Positions 23,435 through 33,858 of a stretch of 64,000 bases of DNA are shown piece after piece (positions within the stretch are counted from its first letter, which is position 1; every line of letters starts with the position of its first letter). A program made the position numbers and the translations under genes. This stretch comes from Macrostomum lignano (taxonomy: Eukaryota). Under the pieces are notes generated by a model, which was not told where the DNA came from, did no database searches, and saw only the letters and a program-made list of their open reading frames with translations. The DNA lies in the NCBI GenBank assembly GCA_002269645.1, contig NIVC01000346.1, positions 237,081 through 301,080 of the forward strand, given 5' to 3'.

Positions 23435-24006
23435 ACAAAATCACTTCGAAAAACTTGTGAAATCGAATTCAAGAAAAAAAAATTTACCGTTGAATTTAAA
23501 AATCTGGGGCTCAAAGCGGAGTGGGGTGGGTGGCATTTTTTGATTATTCGGCATCAAGCAGCGGCTGCTCGTCGGCGTCAGCCACACAACCCGTCACAAA
23601 GTTTATTGCTCATTTATTAACAATGCCAGTGCGCCAGAGGCAGACGACACCCAAGAAGGCCAGAGCCTCTCCCTTAGCTCGTATCTATTTCACTCCACTG
23701 ACAAATAGTCTTTGCTTTGCTACCTGCCTCTCTCAGTGCGGCAGAGTTGCATAAGCGTTTCACCATCCGCCACCCAGCCAATCGCACCCACCCCACGCCA
23801 CTTATTTCCATTGGCTATCTCAGCTGGCTCTTTTACACCCTCCTATTCTTTTACATTACCGCCTATCTCCGCAGTGCAAGTGCGGCAGAGTTGCATAAAC
23901 TCATACTACTTAACATGTATTTAGTTGGACGGGAATTTTCATCTTTTACTTTTGTTGGGAACAGATCAAAAGTTAATGCTTTTAATATTACTTTTATATC
24001 TTATGA

Positions 24007-24308
24007 GGGGGGTTTAGCGTAGTGGTCAAAGCGTCGGACTCACGACTGAAAGGTCTAGGGTTCGATTCTCGACCCTACTCGGAAAATTTGTGTCCTTGAG
24101 CAAGACACTTAACTCTGCATTGCTTCAGTTCACCCAGCTGTAAAATGGGTGCCAGCATTAGCTGGGGTAATTGAGGGTGCGTGTGGCGACCCCCCCCCCC
24201 CAGTCCTTGGACTGAACAGCCGTACGCAGCCTTCAGATGCGCCGCGCAATAGCTGCGGCTGAGCTGTCGGTTGCACATCTGCTCATTGGGGCAGGTGTAA
24301 TCAATTAT
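24007..24308 (+). mobile_element. tRNA-derived CORE-type SINE, family A, copy 3
   Basis: A/B boxes, CORE-like segment and 3' body shared with copies 1 and 2. Confidence 0.9.
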
Positions 24309-24590
24309 TTTTTTACTGGCTTTTTCATTGCTTCACTGATTGTTTGTAAAACTTTCTTTTTACTCGCAATAAATAAGGGGATCTATATGTTTAGATATTT
24401 AGATTTTAGATGCGTCATTGCAAAACAGCAATACGTAAAAGTCAAGTGTATTCCTGCTTTAGGCTATTAATTTACACCGTAAACTAAGTTGTCCTTGGTT
24501 GAAATTATGGTAGTTAGACAGGTGTAAAATTCTGAAACTGTGGGCTGTTGTTTTAAAATTAAACATAAAAGTTCATCAATTCGTAAGCAG

Positions 24591-27500
24591 GGTCACAAAC
24601 AGCCGCCCACAGCAGCCAGAGATGAGCGGCCTCAGAGTTCGCCTCAGCGTCAAGTGAAGAAACAGGCGACGAAATCCGTCTTACAAGATTCTCCATCTAA
24701 GTTGCGGCGAGGGCAAAGCTCCAGGTAAGGCTGTGGGTGACACAGGCTGTGGGTGACACAGGCTGGGGGAGACACAGGCTGTGGGTGACACAGGCTGTGG
24801 GTGACACAGGCTGTGGGTGACACAGGCTGTGGGTGACACAGGCTGGGGGAGACACAGGCTGTGGGTGACACAGGCTGGGGGAGACACACAGGCTGGGGGA
24901 GACACAGGCTGGGGGTGACACAGGCTGGGGGTGACACAGGCTGGGGGAGACACAGGCTGGGGGTGACACAGGCTGGGAGAGACACAGGCTGGGAGAGACA
25001 CAGGCTGGGGTGACACAGGCTGGGGTGACACAGGCTGGGGTGACACAGGCTGGGGTGACACAGGCTGGGGTGACACAGGCTGGGGTGACACAGGCTGGGG
25101 TGACACAGGCTGGGGTGACACAGGCTGGGGTGACACAGGCTGGGGTGACACAGGCTGGGGTGACACAGGCTGGGGTGACAAGAGTGGTGACAGTGCAGTC
25201 CTGTGCAGTTTCGCAGCCTCTCACATGCAATTTTTACTAGCAGTCGCAAGCAACTAGATTTGAGCAGCCTGTACTTTAAGTGTACTTCTCACACCCCATG
25301 CTTCAGGACGGAAGTCATGCTAGACCAGGCTGTGTGCAGAATCGAAGTCCTGGAGAGAGACGCCGACAGCATCAGATCAACTCTGGCTGTAAGCCGGGAG
25401 CAAGACGCAGATAGCTTTTCTTTAGAGCCCATTAGCTCGAGGCACTGAGGCCAGGAGGACAGCAAGATGCGATAGTGGCAGCGGCTGGGGCTGGCGACGC
25501 CCGTGATTAATTGGTCGAATCTGGCGCGATACTTTTTCCCTCCCCGCCCTGGTCACTTCGCCATCAATGCTGGGCTTTGATCTTCGCCGACTAGACGGTC
25601 AGATCTAGCTGTGGAGCGATGCGGACGCGGAGACTGGGTTGACAACGGGGGAACGAGGGCAGACTGGCTTGTATTTTTCTGCTTTTATTGGAGCCGACAA
25701 AGTGAAACTATTTTTGCTACAGATAAGGGTAAAGCAGCTGTCAACTGGTGGGCCACCAGCATTATTGAACCTAGCGGAAGTGTGTCCCTTGTTTCCCTGA
25801 CAGAGGATTTTGCAGATTCTTTCACGCTTATACTTTTGTTCCGTCTCGCCTATAGGCTTTTAACTCTAGTCCTTTGTCTCCCATTCTCATGTCAGATATC
25901 TAATCTCACAGATCCAGATGCCAATTCTGATATCTAATCTCACAGATTCCAGATCCCATCTCCGATATCTAATCTCAAAGATTCGATCTCCCACCTCAGA
26001 CATCTAATCTGATCTCACGATTCCATTTCCCATCTCCTATATCTAACCTCTCACAGATTCCATCTACCTCCTCCAATATCTAATTTCACAAATTCCATCT
26101 CCCACCTCGGATATCTAATCTCACGGATTCCAGATCCCATCTCCAAAATCTAATCTCACAGATTCCATCACCAACCTCAGATATCTATTCTCACAGATTC
26201 CAAATCCCGTTTCTGATATCTAATATCACATTTCACAAATTCCCCTTTTCATCTCTGATATCTAATCTAAAAGATTCCATCTCCCATCTCTGAACTCCCA
26301 TCTCAATCTTGCTAAAGAAACTTAGCCGATCCAGAAATATCTCAATGACATCGCAGAGAAGAGAAGAGAAGCCAGCTGAAGAGCTGGGAAGTCGAATATC
26401 GATCTTTAATGCAGAAATGAGAGACGGCAGCAGCAGAACGAGCTGCATAAAGTCCGTTGGGAATGAGCGGCAGGGGGGGGGGAGGGTGGCGGAGAAGCAG
26501 GCAGTGATGAGAGTCGAAGATTTCTCCCAGCTAGTTGAGCGCATGTATTACACTGGGTACCGATCCTCGCTTCCATGCTGTCATACTTCTCAAGCAATAA
26601 TTCTTCCCACTGTTCGGGAAGATATATACTATCTGAAGTAGCGAATAACAGCGGGGAAAATTGCAAACTTAGACTTCTAATCACCAATTGACGATTTTTT
26701 AATGTATGATATAATATCTCATTTTAACCTATTATATAGTTTATTGTGAAATTAAATTACGCCTATTTCTCTACTTGCTTCAGTAGCAATGAACGAGTTT
26801 TTTATCTTTAATTTGAGAGCTTTTCCCCATGCTCGAAATTTTACGTCGTCGAAGGACAGAAGGTCTAGTGCAGGGTTTTGCAATTTTTTTTATTTTAAGG
26901 GCCAGATAGAGAACCTAGAGTATGACTGCAGGCCAGATGAGAGGAGAGAGGAGAGGGAATAGATAAGAGAGAAGAGAGATAAGAGATGAGAGATAGGAGG
27001 AAATAGATTGGCGAGGCAAGGCGAAAAGAGAGGAGACGAGAGGAGAGAAGATATGAAATAGGAGAGAAGGCAAAGGAGAATGGAGAGAAGAGAAGGAGAG
27101 AAGAGGAGAGGAGAGGAGAGGAGAGGAGAGGAGAGGAGAGGAGAGGAGAGGAGAGGAGAGGAGAGGAGAGGAGAGGAGAGGAGAGGAGAGGAGAGGAGAG
27201 GAGAGAGAAGAGAGTCGAGAAGAGACAAACATTGAGCGGGCCGGATTGCTATTGTGAAGTTTGAAAGGACCCGAGGGACCCGAGAGAAGCTTTGCGAGTC
27301 GCATGTGGCCCGCGTGCCGGAGGTTGCCAACCCATTGTCTAGTCAGAAGTCTCTTTAGCTGGCTCAAAACTGAACGATGCTGGCGATATGAAATTGCAAG
27401 CTTGTGAAGTTTCAAGTTTCCAAAAGCGAACCTGCCTTCGCACCCAACCCGCCCGCACCCAGGCCAGCCAATCGCAGGCCGATCAGCTGTTCAGCCGGCT

Positions 27501-28655
27501 GGAAAGCCTCGAGGAGGCCGGCTGCGAGCGTCGGCTGGCCGCCTTGGAGCTGGACAGCCGCCGACTGCGCCGCGACCTGCTGCGTACCAGCCGCAACACT
27601 GACCAGCTGGCCAATCAGATTGTCTGCAACTCGCTGGCGCACAAGGTCTGCTTTCAGAAGAGAATAAAATTGTCTAAATTAAAGCTTTTTTAAGTTCCCT
27701 ATTAAGCGTTTCTTTACAACGCCATCAAATGAGTAATTGAATCGCACGGATCCGAGTACAAGTCACGTGATCGAACCGAATTTTGGTTGCGTCTCGTGAC
27801 GCCTGCAGCGCGGTTCTCCTCACCAGCGGTTGGGACGAAGCTGGCTCCTTCCGTGTCCCTGAGGTACCGGACGTTAGCGGTATGCTCTCGGGCCTGCAAA
27901 CCTCGAAGAGGCGATTGAGCCTGGCCTTGGTGAAAACTGGGCAGTGGCAGATACGAGCTAAATTGTTCACCGTTTTCACTGCTTGAGCGGCAGACGAGAC
28001 ACTGCTCCGCCATGGAAGGTGGCGGATGGAGGGCCGTGCTGACTACTTAGAGGTACCTCTGGTTGAGCCTAAGGAGGGCTCTGCGCAGGAGGGGATGACA
28101 AGAGGCAGCATGTTTTCATTGATTTGTACATCATTCGTGCGATTTGCGACTCAGTTGATGGGAGAACACTCTCTTTCAGTTAGTTAATTGCCGCAAGGGG
28201 CTCTGGCACTGCCGAAAATCAAGACGACAGCCGACCGGTTTCAGAGTCTCACCGAGCAGAGCCGCTACCTGCGTCTGCGCCTGGACGAGACGGAGCAGCG
28301 AAGTCGCCACCTGGCCGCGGCGGTGGCTGCGCTGACTCGATTGGTGAGCCTGGAACAGGCCGGCTGTGACCCCGATGACCTGAGCTGCTCATCCAGCCTG
28401 AATTGCAGTCTGGAACTCAACTCCCGAGGGGACGCTATTAATGACTGCGGAGATGATCGCGAATCTGCGGCAGCAGCTCCAACTCGAGACGATGACGGCT
28501 ATTCGTCTCTGGCACCTGCGGCGATGGCTGCCGTTGCCGTCGCGGCTGCCGCGGAGGCTTCAGCCGGTCTGGCAACCCGCGTCGAGCCGGAATCGATGGA
28601 TGATTTTTACATCGACGATGACTTTGAGGTGCAGCGAGTTCTTGCTGGTAGATGA
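24591..28655 (+). CDS. Multi-exon coiled-coil protein gene, unidentified. Exons ~24591-24724, 25308-25388, 27473-27645, 28245-28655; the 5' exons are not resolved.
   Basis: Phase-compatible GT-AG junctions (CAG|GTAAGG, TTCAG|G, GCT|GTAAGC, CCCAG|GCC, AAG|GTCTGC, TTTCAG|AGT). Heptad-like peptides (IEVLERDADSIRSTLA, LFSRLESLE, LRLRLDETEQRSRHLAAAVAALTRL). Confidence 0.5.
24725..25180. repeat. 15/16-bp minisatellite (GACACAGGCTG[T/G]GGG[T/A]) starting at a splice donor
   Basis: Direct reading. 16-bp variants lie on the left and 15-bp variants on the right. Confidence 0.97.
25925..26300. repeat. Degenerate ~30-bp tandem repeat (GATATCTAATCTCACAGATTCCATCTCCCA)
   Basis: Recurrent ATATCTAATCTCACAGATTCC motif. 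Confidence 0.8.
26871..27337. mobile_element. hAT (Buster/Charlie-type) MITE containing an internal (GAGAG)n tract at ~26940-27215
   Basis: Ends CAGGGTTTTGCAA and TTGCCAACCCATTG. Flanks GTCTAGTG and GTCTAGTC resemble an 8-bp nnnTAnnn TSD. Subterminal GGGCCAGAT, GCGGGCCGGAT and GTGGCCCGCG motifs. Confidence 0.65.
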
Positions 28656-29550
28656 CACAGTGGGAGATGACACAGTGGGAGATGACACAGTGGGAGATGA
28701 CACAGTGGGAGATGACACAGTGGGAGATGACACAGTGGTAGATGACACAGTGGGAGATGACACAGTGGTAGATGACACAGTGGTAGATGACACAGTGGTA
28801 GATGACACAGTGGTAGATGACACAGTGGTAGATGACACAGTGGTAGATGACACAGTGGTAGATGACACAGTGGGAGATGACACAGTGGGAGATGACACAG
28901 TGGGAGATGACACAGTGGGAGATGACACAGTGGGAGATGACACAGTGGGAGATGACACAGTGGTAGATGACACAGTGGGAGATGACACAGTGGGAGATGA
29001 CACAGTGGGAGATGACACAGTGGTAGATGACACAGTGGGAGATGACACAGTGGTAGATGACACAGTGGGAGATGACACAGTGGGAGATGACACAGTGGTA
29101 GATGACACAGTGGGAGATGACACAGTGGGAGATGACACAGTGGGAGATGACACAGTGGGAGATGACACCGTGGGAGATGACACAGTGGTAGATGACACAG
29201 TGGGAGATGACACAGTGGGAGATGACACAGTGGGAGATGACACAGTGGTAGATGACACAGTGGGAGATGACACAGTGGTAGATGACACAGTGGGAGATGA
29301 CACAGTGGGAGATGACACAGTGGTAGATGACACAGTGGGAGATGACACAGTGGGAGATGACACAGTGGGAGATGACACAGTGGGAGATGACACAGTGGTA
29401 GATGACACAGTGGGAGATGACACAGTGGTAGATGACACAGTGGTAGATGACACAGTGGGAGATGACACAGTGGGAGATGACACAGTGGGAGATGACACAG
29501 TGGGAGATGACACAGTGGTAGATGACACAGTGGGAGATGACACAGTGGGT
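28651..29550. repeat. 15-bp minisatellite, 60 units, two variants GATGACACAGTGG(G/T)A
   Basis: Direct reading; 900 bp. Confidence 0.99.
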
Positions 29551-30467
29551 CGTACGTTTCCATGTGCATTTCAAAAAATCGTTTTTGTTTGTTTGCTGCT
29601 TAAAAATATTTTTTCACACAGTAGTCTACTTCGAGTAGAAATGAAAAATAAGACATACGAACTAGATTTAAGACTCCGACAACAAATTTACTTTTCTATT
29701 CAACAAAAATGGTGTGTCTCGCTCATTTGCGAATGGCATTGAAGAATCACGAGCTCACAGGTCATAACGAGCATGCTGTCGTGAAAATTGCATAGCAATC
29801 TGTGCAAACCTAGAAAAAATAATGCTCTGAAACAAAGATAATTCTTGCATAATTAATACAAACTAATGCGAAAGCAATCAGTGAAGGTGTGTAACAAAAA
29901 AAGAAATGTCTCCCTTTCATAGCCTAGCATTGGTCGACTCCCCCTGCTCTGTGATAACTCGCCGGCATACAATATCCGAACTGACTACTCGCGAGTAGTG
30001 AGTTTGCAGTCGACGGAAGGTGAGAAACTCAGTGTGCGCAGAATTCATGGTTCAAAAAAAATGAAATGGACCACAAGGGAAACAATACTCTAATTATTAA
30101 AAAAATGTGCTCAAAGCTTGCTCATGAGAGTTTAGTTGCAACTCTTTCGGTGCTGAAAGTAAAAAAAAAATTAGGGATCATAAAAGTGCAGGGAATTCAA
30201 AGTGAAGTGGCGCGGGCTTCATCAGGCTTTGCTCACAGGGAATATCTAGGAGGCTTACAATGCCATACACGCAGGATTCTCTGTGAATTAAAGGGTGCAA
30301 AAGGTCAATTATAAGTACCTTATTCTCTAATTTTTGCTCACATGCAAAACAATAAGTCAGTGTGTACATAACTATTCAGTCTGGTAAATGTACATTGGTC
30401 GCCCGCCTCATTCCACTTTCATACAGCAACCCCACTCCGCATTCTGATTGGCTGTGGCTTGGCAGTT

Positions 30468-30840
30468 CTAGGCGTCAGTTTCAATCAGGGGCAGCGAGCT
30501 CTGCGCCACTTTGCCATTGGCCACAGTTGCTCCTCCCACGAAGCCGGAGTCGTTGCTCTCCGAGGCGGTCAAGTTGGTCGACTGCTGCTTATGCTCCTGA
30601 TGCTGTCGCTTCTGATCCCTTTGATGTTGCTTCTGCTGCTGCAATTTCTGCTTTGCAGGCGACTCCGTCTCAGTCCGAGCTTCGTTGTCGTCAATTTTCC
30701 TGTCCGGATTGTCCGGTTTCGCCTCCACAGTGGGGGGCGGCGGCTTCTTCAGACCGAGGGAGGCCAGGCTGGGGTGCAAAGCGAGCGAGGGGATCAAAAT
30801 TAAGGGAGCAGCAATTCGCCACGAATCCTGGCAAGAATGC
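30468..30840 (-). CDS. Possible terminal exon of an unidentified gene (Gln/Lys-rich, low complexity)
   Basis: Open frame of at least 109 codons with coding-like composition and a candidate upstream acceptor. No homology recognised. Confidence 0.3.
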
Positions 30841-31246
30841 GAGTAGTCTCTGCAGTGATTTCAGCTTCTCCTGAGATCCCAATTTAACAAATTCCCGAAT
30901 CCCCTACCCCTGCTCGAGGGGAAGACCGCGGGAAAGGCCTCATTAAGCACGGCCTGGCTGCAGCTCGCTCCCCCCACGCAGTCTCCCAGCTGCCTCTCTC
31001 GCCACTGCTAGGCTGAAACAATCGCGCATTGAAAGCCCGCATCTCACTCTGCTCTTTGAATGGAGCAGCTCGGAGTTCGGCGCCCTCAATCTGGGCCGCC
31101 ATATCCCAGATAAGACTCTAGAAAAGCAGTAAGCTGTCTGTCTTGTTCAAGCTCTCACAGCCTCCCTAATGACCAGTTCATCCAAAGCATTATGGTGAAA
31201 CCTAATTATTTTTCTGTCCAAATAACTTAGTAAATTGACTTGAAAG

Positions 31247-31345
31247 GGTGGCCTTAGCCCAGTGGTCTGGTGTGGCACTCTGATGTGCCAGCGGTCCAGG
31301 CTCGATTCCAAAGTGCAGGAGCTAATTGGAATCTCCGCTTGGCTC
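31247..31345 (+). mobile_element. tRNA-derived SINE-like head, family B, copy 2
   Basis: TAGCCCAGTGG and GGCTCGATTCC boxes; similar to 1395-1500. Confidence 0.45.
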
Positions 31346-32430
31346 TGCTCCTGCAATTAACGCCATTGAGGGCCAACCCCCAAGGCACAGTGAAGTGTAC
31401 ATGCCTAACGATAAATAAAGTTAGGGCCGCTGTACACTCCTGTGCGAGTGTGTGCCTGTGCGTATGACTGCGCACGTATCCGCGCGCTTGCGTGCCTTGC
31501 TCAAGGGGATTAGAACCAATCTAGTATGGTCTTATCGAATTTAAATACATAGCTGAATGCTTTTCCATTCCTGCCTTATATTGGTTGATTATTTCAGAGC
31601 AGCTTTGACCCGCTTTGTATAGAAGAGGATACTAAAGCTACTGGAGGGGAACAAGACTAAAAGGGACAAAAGAAGCGGCAGAGAGGGGAAAGATCAAGGG
31701 AGCAGGGAGTCGGAGAATGTAAAATCTAATTAAATCCTCGCAAATCAACACCCCAGCCCTGCTACAGCCGCGGCCCTGAACGTGCGAATCAACTCAACCC
31801 CCCCTTCCCGGCTGCTCGCTGGCGTGATGTAAGCCGAGTCACGTCACCGTTTGTGCTCAATTACCTGATTCACAGGCAGGTAAGGTAAGGCATTATAGCT
31901 GGGAGGGGATAGACAGACAGACCTGCTTAGGTTTTGCAGCCTAGACATTCGATAAAATTAGAAAGGCATGAGCAAGAAAAAGTAGGCTGTTTTTAATTGG
32001 AAGCTGCAGCTCGAGCCTCATCAGTTGCGTCTCTCACTAAACTTTGCTACTGCAGTTTGCAGTTTCCAGGGTTGATTTAAAATAATGCTTGTTTGGAGCC
32101 GAAAGAGTTCTCTCTGTACTCTGCTTTTATTATCTCAAATTCATATTATTTTTTTAAAACGCCGAGTCTGCTTAAGTTAAAGAATGTTCATTAAAATATT
32201 CAAGTATTCAAGTATATCAAGTATATCATTTTAATAGGATCCAAGGCGGCTGGAGCAACTGATGCCATTCAGGACCGCTGTCAGATTGCTATTGACAGCC
32301 TCATCGCTACAAACGTGGTGGGTTGGCAGCACTAAGCTGGAGCTGGACCCTGGTGGGAGGCGGAATCAATAGGCAGCGTCAACTTCATTCATGTGCGAAT
32401 ATATTGGAAAATTGAAACCTCTCCGAACCA

Positions 32431-32847
32431 CTGTAAGAAATTTTCTATTTTAGTTGACAACGTGACATGCGTGAGATACATTAGCGGACCAGCGTTCTCG
32501 GAGTGGTTCTTTAAATGCGGTAAAGTTGGTCGTGTGCTCAGAGTTCAGTGTCACGGCAGATCTGATCAACTTTTTTATCCGAGGTTCAAGCATTCGGTCA
32601 CCAAGCGGAGAGGCAAATAGGTTTGCTAATAGGTCTGGCAAATAGGTCTGTAAGAAATTTTCTATTTTAGTTGACAACGTGACATGCGTGAGATACATTA
32701 GCGGACCAGCGTTCTCGGAGTGGTTCTTTAAATGCGGTAAAGTTGGTCGTGTGCTCAGAGTTCAGTGTCACGGCAGATCTGATCAACTTTTTTATCCGAG
32801 GTTCAAGCATTCGGTCACCAAGCGGAGAGGCAAATAGGTTTGCTAAT
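32431..32847. repeat. Tandem duplication of a 200-bp segment (32431-32630 and 32648-32847)
   Basis: Two identical copies separated by a 17-bp spacer. Confidence 0.95.
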
Positions 32848-32894
32848 TGACATTTTATTTGCACCTTGCTACTAGGTTCAATCGGGGAATATCT

Positions 32895-33177
32895 CCCCCT
32901 CTCTCTAGGGCCATATGAACCGAGGACGTTGGCGACCACAGTCTTCCACAAAGCAAGGTCCGTTGAGGCGTGAAGTATTTCCAGGCTGCTCATGTTCGTT
33001 TATTGAGACAAATTCTTCAGAAAGGGTTATTTGCTGTCTTTCACGGTCTTTTTTTCCTTCAATCTTCCCAGTCACTGGCAGCTGCTCGATTCCTTCCTTA
33101 TTCATAATATGACCAAAGAATTTCACCTGCCGTCTCCGAATGTTCGCCCTTAAGTTCCTTCAGCAACCAGCTCTTAG
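32895..33177 (-). mobile_element. RTE-clade LINE, 3' fragment
   Basis: NIRRRQVKFFGHIMNKEGIEQLPVTGKIEGKKDRERQ and EILHASTDLALWKTVVANV resemble the RTE ORF C-terminus; frameshifted. Confidence 0.8.
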
Positions 33178-33189
33178 CAGAGCACTTAC

Positions 33190-33840
33190 TTGACTTAGCT
33201 GCAGGGGGCTCCGTGCGTCCGGAGACAGCGAGGAGGCGTTGCTGCCCGTTTCGCTAGCCCCTGGCGACCAGGGGCAGCTAGTGCTGCGGTGTCGCGCAGG
33301 GAGTTCCGGTGGCGCCGGTGTCTGCAGCGCGGTTCCCCTCCGGAGAGTCGAGGAGGTGGATTGTCGCTCGCCCGGTAGCCCTTAGGTAGCGGACGAGCTG
33401 GCAAAGATTCTTGGGCCTGAAAACGTCGGAGAGGTCCGGGTTTGGGCCGAGGTAGGTGAGCCTGTCCTGAGTAAAGGCAGGGCATTCACAGATGAAGTGC
33501 TCCGCATTCTCGACACCGGAGAGGCAGAATGGGCATTCCTCACTGCGGATTTTCCCCTGGAGGTGACGATGCCTGGCAAAGCAGCCATGACCCGAGAGGG
33601 CCATGGTCCCCGCCCTGATGTCCCTGCGGTTGAGTCCAAGCAGGGCCCTGCGCAGGGCGGAGGAAGGACAGGGGACAGCCGCGCGGGATTGCCGGCAGTC
33701 GGGGGGCGTTAGCCTACCTCTCCCTGTGCTTAGAAGCCACCCACTGGTTGATCCGAGTGGTGACAACGGCGATGGGGGTGGGGGCCACGGGCAGGGGACC
33801 AGTGAACCAGTGAAAAAACCGGTCGAGCCAGCCTTGGCAA
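33190..33840 (-). mobile_element. 5'-truncated I-group LINE (end of RNase H plus CCHC zinc finger), ~650 bp
   Basis: 12-bp TSD CAGAGCACTTAC at 33178-33189 and 33841-33852. Motifs VAKAGS, LSGHGCF and CPFC...[14 protein letters not shown]-type tail. Confidence 0.85.
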
Positions 33841-33858
33841 CAGAGCACTTACAGTAAC

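Larger units (their letters stand above)
19271..23910. mobile_element. Non-autonomous Polinton/Maverick-like element, 4640 bp
   Basis: Long TIRs at 19271-19548 and 23585-23910, starting AGTAGTATGAG and ending CTCATACTACT. Flanks TACATG (19265-19270) and TAACATG (23911-23917) match a 6-bp TSD with one extra A. Two convergent internal ORFs and no transposase. The boundaries are certain; the Polinton assignment is inferred. Confidence 0.7.

Noticed and set aside
24650-25249. Overlapping Cys/Pro-rich ORFs
   Set aside because: Artifacts of the 15/16-bp minisatellite.
26890-27415. SSPLL-repeat ORFs
   Set aside because: Translation of the (GAGAG)n tract.
28438-29742. Long ORFs (DDTVG, CVISH, SSPTV, LCHLP repeats)
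   Set aside because: These are stop-free frames of a 15-bp minisatellite, open on both strands.
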